Source: Raja brachyura (lineage: Eukaryota). From it: DNA of 64,000 nt. Shown piece by piece: positions 1 through 10,573 of the stretch. Every line of letters starts with the position of its first letter. The stretch's first letter is position 1. The notes beneath the pieces were generated by a model. It searched no databases and was not told the origin of the DNA. It worked only from the letters and a program-made list of their open reading frames with translations. Position numbers and translations under genes: made by a program. The stretch spans positions 99,324,001-99,388,000 of the forward strand of contig OY740783.1 in the NCBI GenBank assembly GCA_963514005.1. The letters run 5' to 3'.

Positions 1-114
1 CTGATCTGTTTTGTAGTAAATACCTTCAATGTTCTGTGTGGTGAAGCAAAGCAAGAATTTCATTGTCCTATCAGGGACACATGACAATAAACTCACTTGA
101 ACTTGAACTTGAAC
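1..114 (+). mobile_element. 3' tail of Rex1/Babar-type LINE (truncated by window edge)
   Basis: GAATTTCATTG...ATGACAATAAAC followed by (CTTGAA)n, same style as the Rex1 3' ends at 35890-35912 and 36570-36610. Confidence 0.55.
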
Positions 115-294
115 AATAGCAAGAATGTCCTTCCTCAAATTAGGGAACCAAAACTGCACACAATACTCCAGGTGCGGTCTACTAGGGCCCTGTACAACTG
201 CAGAAGGGCCGCTTTGCTCCTATACTCGACTCCTCTTGTTATAAAGGCCAACATGCCATTTGCTTTCTTCACTGCCTGCTGTCCCTGCATGCTT
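115..294 (-). mobile_element. CR1/HER1-type LINE fragment
   Basis: Minus-strand translation QAVKKANGMLAFITRGVEYRSK..LLQLYRALV matches the CR1 ORF2 C-terminal region seen at 52756-53499. Confidence 0.85.
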
Positions 295-1163
295 AATACA
301 ATACAATACAATACAATACCGTTTATTGTCATTTGAACCTAATTGAGGTTCAAACGAAATTTAGTTTCTGCAGTCATACAAACAAGAAAAGAACCAAGAC
401 ACAACACAATTTACACAAACATCCATCAAAGCAAATCTCCTCCTCACTGTGATGGAAGGCAAAGTCTTATCTCTCCCCTGCACTTCCCATTCTCCTCCCG
501 ATGTCAGAGTCAAAGCCCCCGGCGGACGATGATAAATAAATCCCGTGCCCATTCGGGCCGCGCCGGGCGATGCAAGGCTGCGCTCCGGGTCTTAATGTTG
601 GAGCCCTGGCGAGCGCTAGCAAGTCCCGCGGCCATTAAAGCCTCGCCGGGCGATGTAAGGCCCCGCTCCAGGTCATTTTCAACCCCGCAACTGGGGCGGG
701 AGAAGTTGCCGCCGCAGGAGCTTCGAAAAGCGGTCTCCCACCAGGGACCCGCGAGCTCCCGGTGTCACCGTCCACCGGCCTGCAGCTGGAGCCTCCGAAT
801 CTCCAGGGTCGGGCAGCAGCAGCGCGCCACCACAGCTCCTCCAGTTCCTAACTCGGCCAGCCCCACGATGGTAAGTAGCCCGCAGCTGCGCGACTGGAGC
901 CCCAGGTCCGGTTGGAGGCCGCTCCACGGTGCTAGGCCCCAACGACAACGGAGACCCGACAGAGAAAAGGTCGGGTCCCCCGTACAGGGAAAAGATTTTA
1001 AAAGTTTTCCCCACCCCGCCCCCCACCTCCCACCCCCCACCCCCCCGCACACACATACCCAGCTAAAAAGAAAACACTAACTACACTCAAAACGAGACAA
1101 AAAATAAAAAAAGACAGACAGACTGCAGAGGCCGCTGCGACGAGAGTCGCGCCGCCCACCGCA
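295..1163 (-). mobile_element. CpG-rich non-coding retroposon with Rex1-like tail
   Basis: Minus strand ends ATGACAATAAACGG(TATTG)n; body is GC/CpG-rich with no recognisable protein motif. Confidence 0.55.
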
Positions 1164-2669
1164 TACCCCTGTGGAATGAAGGGGTACATTGGCCAAGTCA
1201 AAGAATGGAGGTGTACATTGGCCAAGAGGAACTTGTTATAAGATAGCGTGGGGGAGTGTAGGGAGGGGGCAGCAATTCAGCAGTATAGAATGTTAATGCA
1301 CTCCGACTGTTCGCCATGCCTGCCTGATGGTGAGTGACAGTAATTTCAGCTTCAGGCTTCATTGGGAAAGTGATACTGTGGCATTAACTACATCTGGTGG
1401 CAGGCATTTATTTACAGCTGTCTCACGTTGTCACAATCCTATCAAACAATAATTTAAAACTGTCAGTTTGTTTCCTATTTCCAACACACCACCTGCAGCT
1501 GTTGGCACTTAATCTGCCATGCACCAAATAACAGAATTGATTGAAAGTAAGGGGCAGCAGTGGATGCAGACAAGGTCTGCTTTATATACGCAAAGCAACT
1601 AACGTGCTGGTGAGTGACCGAGGGATGGGAAAGGAATAAATATCAGAACGGTGATGACTCCTGAGAAGGACACCCCAGTTTAGCTTCAAAGAAATAGGAG
1701 GGATCATGTTCCAAACCTGCACTCTTGGTGAGGCTATGGAAATTATGGTGAGCAAATGTGTCCGAATTCTTGATCCACCGACAAAACAAATCCCCCCAGC
1801 AAATTAATATTTTCTCGATAAAAAGTTCATTTTTGATAATAAGACAACTGTATCACATATGTGTCATACACGGTATCTTGAGATCAAGGAGGAACTGCTT
1901 TTACTCTGTGTTGCATCCGAAGTGGTTGAGTGTGTGTTTGTTTCTGTGTGTTGTCTGTGTCTATGTGCCTGTGATGCTGCTATAAGCAAGATTTTCATTG
2001 TTCCTCTCCCTCATTGTACTTGCGCACATGAAAATAAACATGACTTGAGTTTGTGGTTGAGGCCCAAACTCAAAAGCAGAACAAAACTATATGACTAGCA
2101 GAAGTGGGCTCCGACACATGCCCAACACTAGTTGATTCACTGGAACAACATGAAGCAGTTGATGAAGTGGTCAAAAATGTAAAGACACATCTCAACCTAG
2201 CAACATTTTAAACATTTAAAAACTACAAATGCAGTGCACATAATTGGGTGTCAGGAAGGGTGACTACGATTACATTGTGAATTTGAGACTAGTGATGATA
2301 ATTTGGGAACTTTTCTGCACAAATCCTCGAGGGACCGATTAGTGTGTGTTAGGTGATGTGTGAATACAAACTGAATCTTTTAAATGTCCAGACCTTGCTT
2401 TTCAAAAGGCAATGCCACTGCACTGGAAACAGCACTGAATAACGTAAGTTGCATTCATCTTAAGACCCAGTTTTAGTAGCACTGGACAATGTTACAGGTA
2501 GAATAAATGGGTTACAGGTCACCGGAGGAGTGACTCGTATATCACAGAAGTAAATGTAGACATGGAATAAATGTCTGCTAAGTGGTATTTACGCCACATG
2601 TGGTAACAGAGGGGAAGACCGCTGTGAATTTTAAGAACAATCATGAAGAAATGGTTGACCATTGCAATT

Positions 2670-2945
2670 AGAACATAGAAAAGTACAGCACAGGAACAGG
2701 CCCTTTGGCCCACTATGTTGTGCGAACATGATGCAAAGATAAACTAATCTCATCTGCCTCCACATGATCCATATCCCTCCATTACCTGCATATCCATGTG
2801 TCCCTCCAAAAGCCTCTTGAATGCCACTGCCGTATCTGCCTCAACCACCACCACTCATGGTAGCGCATTCCAAGCATTGACCACATTCGCATTAAAGCTA
2901 TGACTTCTAATCTTTGACATTTCCACCCTGGGAAAAAGGATTTAA
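2670..2945 (-). mobile_element. CR1/HER1 3' end, degenerate
   Basis: Reverse complement of the GGGCCTGTTCCTGTGCTGTAC..TTCTATGTTCTA 3' terminus shared with other CR1 copies. Confidence 0.7.
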
Positions 2946-3243
2946 CTTAATGTTAAACAGCAGTTCACTCAGTAATGAGGAAAGACATCGACAGACACAA
3001 GCTTCGCTATGTCCCACTAAGGGCAATGTCCTACTGCACACTTACTCTGGAGGGTTCGTGAGAGTTGAGGTACATGGTTCTCGGCGAAAGTGTTGAGTAG
3101 AGACTGGATTAGATGACTCCGATATTATACTTATTATACTTTTGCTCTACATTTGTTGGAATGGAATTCAACAAGAGTTAGAACCATCTGGTCAGCCACT
3201 CAGTCATCAAAATGAAGTAGAGAAAGGAGGGAGAAACCCAAGA

Positions 3244-3534
3244 GCATCATCGTGGCGCAGCCATAGAGATGCAGCCTTACAGCGCCAGAGACCCCGGTTC
3301 GATCCTACCTGTGGGTGCTGTCAGTATGGAGTTTGTACAGTCTCCCTTTGACCGCGTGGGTTTTCTCCAGGTGCTCCAGCTTCCTCCCACATTCCAAAGA
3401 CATGCAGGTTTGTAGGTTAATAGGCTTTTGTAAATTACCCCTAATGTGTAGGATGCAAAACTGGGATAACTTAAAACTAGTGCATGGACCCGGTGGAAAG
3501 AAGGCCTGTTTTCATGCTGTATCATTAAACTAAA
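3244..3534 (+). mobile_element. HE1-type tRNA-derived V-SINE
   Basis: A-box-like GTGGCGCAG, B-box GGTTCGATCC, core GTGGGTTTTCTCCAGGTGCTCCAGCTTCCTCCCACATTCCAAAGACATGCAGGT, LINE-like tail ending AAACTAAAC. Confidence 0.8.
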
Positions 3535-4208
3535 CAGTAGGACCTGGGGTGAAAAGTTCCTGGGAAATCCAGAAGCTAAACCATGAGCAAGTATGCCTGT
3601 GGGAAAGGTGCTTAAGAAAGGCACGGTGAAAAACTTTGCATGGATAAAGGAAGTCAGTAATGTGGAAATTATTGCACAATTTGAACAGGGTGGCTCACTT
3701 GTTCCAGAGAGTAGACTGTAATAACTATGAATACTCAGTTAATGCAGTGTAAAATGGTAATGTCTAAAGGGACAATTGGAGCTAATGTTGTGGGATTTTC
3801 CAATACTGGCAGAGAATGCAAATGAGGGGAAAAGGTTCCAGGATTAAAAGGCTGCTTTGGGAACTTTTGGCTTGAACAAAGGATTTGCATTCAGAAGGTG
3901 CATACTTTGGGTTTGATAGATAAAACTTTCAGACTGAAAATAATTTGGAAAAAGCACTTGGGTTGACCAAAACATTAGGATGCATAGGTCAGCACAACTA
4001 AGGCATCAACTGAAGAGATCCAAGAGCACGACTGAAGAATGTGAAGTAAGAGGAGATTTCAGGAAGTCCAGCAAAAAAAAATGGCCTTCCTTCAGATCGA
4101 TCCGACCCAAATCATTGTTTATCCATCTCCTTATGCAGATGAAACCTGACCTGCTGAGTTCTTCCAACACTTTGCAGATGCTAGAATCTTGAGCAAACAA
4201 CATCTCTC

Positions 4209-4271
4209 ATTTTACTTCGGAGTCACGTGAGTGACTACGTGAAGAAGCCCCACCTGGCGCTTGATCGGCAT
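4209..4271 (+). repeat. DIRS left inverted terminal repeat
   Basis: 4209-4243 is the exact reverse complement of 8793-8827; 4236-4271 is the reverse complement of 9021-9056 with one mismatch. Confidence 0.92.
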
Positions 4272-4652
4272 TACGTCGACGCTGTCGGTAGAGGAAAGAG
4301 CAGCAGAGCGCAGCTCCAACACAGCGGTAAGGAAACGGCCCCCAGGTAAGTGAAATTATTTTACTTCCAGGGCGTTTCAAAACTCCGTAGGCTGGTGGGT
4401 AAACCAGGAGGAGTAAAATTAAAATGGAGAAAGTTAAAAAATCGCGGGTAAAATGTGTGTCCTGGGGTGGAGAAGAGTCGGGACAGCAGATTATTGCGGA
4501 GCCGGTTCCGATACCGGTGGCCGTTGAAATGCCCGTTAGTGAGCCTTTGGTTGCTCCACAAACAGAAACTTTGGAGCAAAACCCAGTGCCTTAAAAAATA
4601 AATAAATAAATAAATAAAAGCTGAAAGGCCTGAGGTTTCTGATGAATCCGAT

Positions 4653-6716
4653 TTGGAAGATCCTCCAGAAAGGAAAGTCTTATGCCTCAGAATGGATCAA
4701 ATGGAGAAAATGCTCCAAACTATAATCAACCAAGGGTCTAAGAACCCAGAATATTCCCAGGCAGCCCCTGAGGGGGTTCCATATCATGAATATGGTGCCA
4801 GTTTGAATTGGGAATATGAAACTCCAGTGCCCGGGATTGGGCTGGAGGAAGTCTCCTTTGAACAAGTTTCAGGAGTACCAGGGCTGTATGAGACTGACCC
4901 TGAAAGTGGTGATTGCGGTCAGGAGTACCCACCACAATACAAATATGTTGATCCAGGTGTGCCTGATGTGGCACAAAGTTTTGCTATACCTGGAGGAGGC
5001 GGTGAGGCCATGGAAGAAAACCTGGCGGGCAATATTAATTATATGGTCTCTCACCCGCTTCAAGAAGCTGTTATGGTTGAGACAGCAGATTTGTATAAAA
5101 CACCTATCAATTGTACCTCACTGAAGGTACCTACGGTGAATCCGGTTATTTGGGCGCCAATGTCATCAATGATGTGGGCGCAGGAAATACGATTTCAAAG
5201 AATCCTCAAACTAATTTCGGCTGGCATCACTGCCTTTGGAAGACAAGTGGAAGGTTGTGGAATGACCAAAGTTCAGAAGCATATGTTGGCATTATTCTGC
5301 AACTCATTTTTTGAGATAAATTGTATGAGGAAGATTGCCATTCAGCCCATTTTACATCCAAGATTTGCAGGGTTGTGCAGATCAAGCAATGTTCAAGCTC
5401 CTGGTTATTTGATCGGAGAAAATCTGTCTAAACAAATTAAAGAAATTGATGAAGAGGCAAAAACTATTGGCCTTATGAAACCCTTCAATTTTGGCCAGAG
5501 AAGGGCCGGTCAAATGAGAAGGGGATTTGATTTTGGAGCTGGAACAAGCCGACGCAGGAGTATGGCAAGGAAGAATTACCAACCAGCACAGCCGAATGTT
5601 CACCCATTTGTTGGGAGAAGGAGATCACTACGTCCGGTTGGAGAGGTACAAAAACTTTATCCTATTAAAGAAGAATGTTTGGATGAACCTCAGATTGGTG
5701 GTAGACTCCGAATGTTTTATAATGAATGGGACAGTATAACATCTGACCGTGTTATATTAGAAACTGTTTTAGGATCTACCATTGATTTTGTAGAAGGTAT
5801 GGATCCACTGGGACAGAATAAGCCTTATCATAATTTGATGTTTTCTGTTCTTGAAAAAAATCAAATTGATAAAGAGGTTAAGAATTTGTGTAGGATAGGA
5901 GTTATCGAGAAAACAGGAGAGGATCCACAACAATTTGTGTCAAATATTTTCCCCAGACCAAAGAAAGATGGGGGTTGTAGAATCATTTTAGATCTCACAC
6001 AATTGAATACATTTGTCCAGTATAAACATTTTAAAACGGACACCTTCAACACTGCAATGCAGCTGGTATCAACAGGTTGTTATATGGCTACAATAGATTT
6101 GAAGGATGCATATTATTCAGTTCTAATTCATAATCACTTTCGCAGGTATTTAAAGTTTAAGTGGATGGGACAGCTGTGGCAATACAAAGCATTACCTAAT
6201 GGATTAAGCTCAGCACCTAGACTATTCACTAAATTGTTGAAGCCAGCACTTGCATTGCTAAGGGCACAAAAACACATTGTTATGGCTTATCTAGATGACA
6301 TTTTAATTGTCAATGCTAAGCAGGAGTCAGCTGAAAAATCAGTCTCAGCAACTACAAGTCTGTTTGAAAGGCTGGGGTTCCTGATTCATCCAACAAAATC
6401 TAAGTTACAGCCATCCCAAACCATTGAATATCTGGGGTTTGTGATTAATTCAGTTACCATGTTAGTAACTTTACCAAGAGATAAGGTTATTGATTTGACA
6501 AATGTGTGTCAGAGCCTGATTAACAAACCTTATCCCTCCATCCGAGAAGTTGCTAAGGTTATTGGGAAGTTAGTAGCAGCATTCCCAGCAGTGGAATTTG
6601 GTCCATTGCATTATCAAAATCTTAAAAGGGCACAAACTCAAGCGCTTATACAGCGAGCAGGCCATTTTGATAGGCCTATGCAATTGCCAAAGGAAGCCTT
6701 ATCAGAATTGCATTAG
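4653..6716 (+). CDS. DIRS gag-like plus reverse transcriptase ORF (N-terminus probably from ATG 4424, broken at a TAA/(AAAT)n tract; premature TAG at 6714-6716)
   Basis: gag-like KVPTVNPVIW..RKIAIQPILHPRFAGLC; pol start GGRLRMFYNEW; RT motifs PKKDGGCRIILDL, IDLKDAYY, LPNGLSSAP, YLDD, YLGFVI. Confidence 0.9.
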   Translation: MEDPPERKVLCLRMDQMEKMLQTIINQGSKNPEYSQAAPEGVPYHEYGASLNWEYETPVPGIGLEEVSFEQVSGVPGLYETDPESGDCGQEYPPQYKYVDPGVPDVAQSFAIPGGGGEAMEENLAGNINYMVSHPLQEAVMVETADLYKTPINCTSLKVPTVNPVIWAPMSSMMWAQEIRFQRILKLISAGITAFGRQVEGCGMTKVQKHMLALFCNSFFEINCMRKIAIQPILHPRFAGLCRSSNVQAPGYLIGENLSKQIKEIDEEAKTIGLMKPFNFGQRRAGQMRRGFDFGAGTSRRRSMARKNYQPAQPNVHPFVGRRRSLRPVGEVQKLYPIKEECLDEPQIGGRLRMFYNEWDSITSDRVILETVLGSTIDFVEGMDPLGQNKPYHNLMFSVLEKNQIDKEVKNLCRIGVIEKTGEDPQQFVSNIFPRPKKDGGCRIILDLTQLNTFVQYKHFKTDTFNTAMQLVSTGCYMATIDLKDAYYSVLIHNHFRRYLKFKWMGQLWQYKALPNGLSSAPRLFTKLLKPALALLRAQKHIVMAYLDDILIVNAKQESAEKSVSATTSLFERLGFLIHPTKSKLQPSQTIEYLGFVINSVTMLVTLPRDKVIDLTNVCQSLINKPYPSIREVAKVIGKLVAAFPAVEFGPLHYQNLKRAQTQALIQRAGHFDRPMQLPKEALSELH

Positions 6717-7572
6717 TCGATTGAGAATGTTCCACAAGCTGTTAAGAACATTCTAGTTTAGCAGCCAGTAGTGTTTTTGCAAACTGATGCAAGTTCTCTC
6801 GGATGGGGGGGCTACGGATAATGAGACCAGCTGTGGGGGCAGATGGTCTGTTCAAGAGGATTTATTGCTCCAAATATATGGTATAAATTATTTGGAGTTA
6901 CTGGGAGCATTTTATGGATTAAAAGCTTATTGTTCTACTATGAAGGATTTGCATGTCCAAATACAAATAGACAATACCACAGCTGTGGCATATATCAATC
7001 ACATGGGTGGAATAAGATCAATATCATGTGATCATCTGGTAAACCAGATGTGGCATTGGTGTATTGGTAAAAATATTTGGCTTTCAGCTATTTATCCCCA
7101 AGGGAGTGACAATGTTGTGGCAGACAAAAGATCACGAATATTTAAAGACAATACAGAATGGATGTTCAATCTACAAATTTTCAAAAATATAGTCAGTCGG
7201 TATGGAGTGCCAGACATTGATCTGTTTGCACCTAGATTGAATCACCAATTGCCCAAGTACGTGTCTTGGGAACAAGATCCAGGGGCAGTAGCGGTGGATG
7301 CTTTCTCGCTACACTGGGGGAATACGTTCTTTTATGCTTTTCCCCCATTTTGTCTGATTGGGCAATGTCTCAAGAAAATAGCGCAAGACGCTGCCAAAGG
7401 CATTTTGGTGGTACCAAATTTGCGTACGCAGTCATGGTTCCCATTGATGCTAAAAATGATTATTGAACCATGTGTGACAATTCCTAGTTGCAACAATTTG
7501 TTGACACAACCAGTAACAAAAGAAGTTCATCCATTGCATGATCATATGAATTTGTTAATCTGCAGGTTCTGA
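6717..7572 (+). pseudogene. DIRS RNase H plus N6-adenine methyltransferase-like domain (disrupted continuation of pol)
   Basis: RT frame continues to LQTDASSLGWG, then shifts in a G run to INYLELLGAF and QIDNTTAVAYINHMGG (RNase H), then IDLFA..DAF..W..YAFPPF (MT). Confidence 0.9.
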
Positions 7573-7580
7573 CCAGACCA

Positions 7581-8537
7581 TTGCAAGAGTTTGAACTGTC
7601 GGACAGGACCATGGATGTTATAGGTACAGCTTGGAGGAATAGCACTAAAAAACAATATATGTCGCATATAAGGAAATGGGAAGCCTTTTGTAGACAGTCA
7701 AAGATATCTTATCATACTGCAAACATTTCAAATGAATTGGAGTTCCTTGCTGGGTTACATTTTGATGAGCATTTGAGTTATAGTGCCATTAATTGTGCTC
7801 GTAGTGCTTTGTCGTCCTACTTAGGACAAATTTCTGATCGAGATTCAGTTGGGTCTCGCCCATTAGTATCCCGTATCATACCGGATTTTAATAAAAATCC
7901 TCCCAAGCCCAGATATACAAAAATTGGGGATGTTAGCATTGTTCTCACTTTGCTTAAGCAATGGACTCCAATTACTTCAATGTCTTTGCAGAAGTTAACA
8001 TTCAAGGTAGTAATGTTAATGGCATTAGTATCAGCTCAAAGAGTACAAACTTTGCAACTGTTACGGTTAGATTGCATGCATGTGGCTGCAGATAACATTG
8101 TGTTTTATGTTTATGATCTGATCAAACAAAGCAGACCGGGGAGAACTGGAGCTAAGGTAATGTTTAAAGCATATCCTATCGATGAAACATTGTGTGTAGT
8201 TAAGCATTTAACTCAATACATTGAAGTAACCAAAAATCTCAGAGGTTCTGAGACAGCGTTATTGATAACGCACAAAAAACCACATACAAAAGTTTCAGTT
8301 CAAACCATTTCTAGATGGTTAAAACAGGTTTTGGATCTAGCAGGAATAGACACTGATGTGTTTAAATCTCACTCCACTAGCGTGGCAGCTACGTCCGCGG
8401 CAAAGGTACAGGACGTACCACTCAATCAAATTTTAGAGGCCTCAGGGTGGTGTAGAGAAGAAACTTTTTCAAAGTTCTACGATAAACCTGTTGTCACGGT
8501 GCCAGGATTTGGACACGCAGTACTGGGTTCTCTTTAA
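7581..8537 (+). CDS. DIRS tyrosine recombinase (first ATG 7611; HxxR Arg mutated)
   Basis: SAQRVQTL (catalytic R), IKQSR, HSTS in place of HSTR, GW..EETFSKFY (catalytic Y). Confidence 0.9.
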   Translation: MQEFELSDRTMDVIGTAWRNSTKKQYMSHIRKWEAFCRQSKISYHTANISNELEFLAGLHFDEHLSYSAINCARSALSSYLGQISDRDSVGSRPLVSRIIPDFNKNPPKPRYTKIGDVSIVLTLLKQWTPITSMSLQKLTFKVVMLMALVSAQRVQTLQLLRLDCMHVAADNIVFYVYDLIKQSRPGRTGAKVMFKAYPIDETLCVVKHLTQYIEVTKNLRGSETALLITHKKPHTKVSVQTISRWLKQVLDLAGIDTDVFKSHSTSVAATSAAKVQDVPLNQILEASGWCREETFSKFYDKPVVTVPGFGHAVLGSL

Positions 8538-8792
8538 ATGCTTGCTTTGTTTTATATTATCGATTTATATTATCGATTTATGTTATCGTTGATATCATTA
8601 TCATTTTTCTTTTGTAAAATTTTCCCCTACGATAGAGGGGTTATTATTAAAAATTATTCTTTTTATGATTAAAAGACTTATTACATAAATTGAAACAAAG
8701 TTTTAAAATACTATTTACTCACTACTGTTTTGACTAAACAGAGTGTCGTATGGAATGAATCTACGACATAAAAAACACAGAGCTTTAAAATT

Positions 8793-8893
8793 TTCACGTA
8801 GTCACTCACGTGACTCCGAAGTAAAATAGTAAGATTAAACGAGAACTTACCTTTTCGAAGTTTGATCTTTATTTTATGAGGAGTTACGATGAG
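8793..8893 (+). repeat. DIRS internal complementary region (ICR)
   Basis: 8793-8827 complementary to left end 4209-4243; 8821-8893 complementary to right end 9061-9133 (70/73). Confidence 0.92.
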
Positions 8894-9020
8894 TAGTTAC
8901 GTGCCCTCCGCTCCCAACCCTCATAATATAAATGATCATCTGGTAGTTCTAGTCTATGTTGGGCCTTACTATCTTACTCCGGCTATTGGTTCTGTGTTTT
9001 TCATGCCGCCGCTTTGAAGT

Positions 9021-9133
9021 ATGCCGATCAAGCGCCAGGCGGGGCTTCTTCACGTAATCCCTCATCGTAACTCCTCATAAAATAAAGATCAAACTTCGAA
9101 CTGGTAAGTTCTCATTTAATCTTACTATTTTAC
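9021..9133 (+). repeat. DIRS right ITR plus right extension
   Basis: 9021-9056 inverted to left ITR; 9061-9133 inverted to ICR; ends in ATTTTAC like the left end. Confidence 0.9.
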
Positions 9134-9529
9134 GGGAAGTCCAGCTTGGCTCCTTGGCCGTAGATAGTGATTTTGCCATATCTAACTTACTAGCGTGCAA
9201 GTTAAGGTGAATGCTGTGACCTCTCTGTACGACTATTTAACTTTCCTTTTTATTAAATAAGGAAAAAATAAATTGATCTACATTGTTTTGTGGATCATAT
9301 ACTGTATCGTAGTTGTTTTCTAAATTTCCGAAACTTTCTAAAGTTGGCAAGTTCGCCACTAACTTGAGATGCCATGTCATAACAACGCGTATTCCATGGT
9401 TTCACAGTCTAGTGTCAATTACCACCATAAATATGGTCCCTTGTTGTTCCATCCAAGTAAGTGTGTCATACATCAGAGCATAAAGAATCATATAGCTATA
9501 TCAGAATGGAGGAATAGACCAACTAAAGA

Positions 9530-10540
9530 TGGACTCAAAATGCTGGAGTAACTTCGCAGTTCAGGTAGCATTTCTGGAGAAAATGAATAGGTTACATTTT
9601 GGGTTGGCACCCTGCTTCAGACTGAAAGATAGAGGTGGGGTGATAAAAAATAGGCAATAGACAATAGGTGCAGGAGTAGGCCGTACGACCGTTCAACCCA
9701 GCACCGCCATTGAATGTGATCATGGCTGATCACCCACAATCAGTACCCCATTCCTGCCTTCTCCCCATATGCCCAGACTCCGCTATTTTTAAGAGCCCCA
9801 TCTAGCTCTCTCTTGAAAGTATCCAGAGAACTGGCCTCCACCGCCCTCTGAGGCAGAGAATTCCACAGATTCACAACTCTCTGTGTGAAAAAGTGTTTCT
9901 TCCTCTCCGTTCTAAATGACTCACCCCTTATTCTTAAACTGTGGCCCCTGGTCCTGAACTCCCCCAACATCGGGAACATGTTTCCTGCCTCTAGCATGTC
10001 CAAACCCTTAATAATCTTATATGTTTTTATAAGTTTCCTCTCATCCTTCTAAATTCCAGAGTATACAAGCCCAGCCGCTCCATTCTCTCAGTCCCGCCAT
10101 CCCGGGAATTAACCTTGTGAACCTACGCTGCACTCCCTCAATAGCAAGAATGTCCTTCCTCAAATTTGGAGATCAAAACTGCACACAATTCCAGGTGTGG
10201 TCTCACTGGGGCCCTGTACAACTGCAGAAGGACCTCTTTGCACCTATACGCAACTCCTCTTGTTATGAAAGGGGGTGGGGTGGTAACTGCAGGTGAGAAA
10301 AAGCCAGAATAAATCAGGGCTGGCAACAGATGATCTCAGTAAGGGTGGAGTCCATAATGGCCCATTGTTGGCTGGGGAAGATGTGTGAACAAGAGGGGTA
10401 CAAGGATGCGATCATTGGAATTGGTAGAATGACTGGGGTGGTGTAGGGGAGCGGAGAGAGTGGAATGCAGGAGTTACTTGAAATTAGAGAAATCAACATT
10501 CATAATGCTGGGTTATAAACTGCCCAAGTGCAATATGAGC
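9530..10540 (-). mobile_element. Penelope-like element 3' region and pseudo-LTR, interrupted by CR1
   Basis: 10480-10540 resembles 56940-57000 (end of GIY-YIG ORF); 9530-9625 is a minus-strand pLTR copy. Confidence 0.65.
9651..10267 (-). mobile_element. CR1/HER1 3' fragment
   Basis: FPMLGEFRTRGHSLRIRG..FFTQRVVNLWNSLP and tail CTCCTGCACCTATTGTCTATTG on the minus strand. Confidence 0.9.
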
Positions 10541-10573
10541 AAAATAGACAAGACACTTGCTTCAATTCTACCT

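Larger units (their letters stand above)
4209..9133 (+). mobile_element. Full-length DIRS-group tyrosine recombinase retrotransposon
   Basis: gag-RT, RNase H, methyltransferase and YR coding regions; 4236-4271 inverted to 9021-9056 (35/36); internal complementary region 8793-8893 complementary to both element ends; no TSD. Confidence 0.95.

Noticed and set aside
343-1080. 245-aa ORF and overlapping antisense ORFs
   Set aside because: Arise from the GC-rich non-coding repeat; no domain motifs and low-complexity composition.
3244-3320. tRNA-like A and B boxes
   Set aside because: SINE head followed by the V-SINE core; no complete cloverleaf.
4346-4370. GTAAGT...TTCCAG mini-intron in DIRS leader
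   Set aside because: Only 25 nt, too short for a vertebrate spliceosomal intron; the donor is considered with a distal acceptor instead.
8550-8600. 13-bp tandem TTTATATTATCGA after the YR stop
   Set aside because: Short slippage duplication in the AT-rich DIRS 3' region; no further structure.
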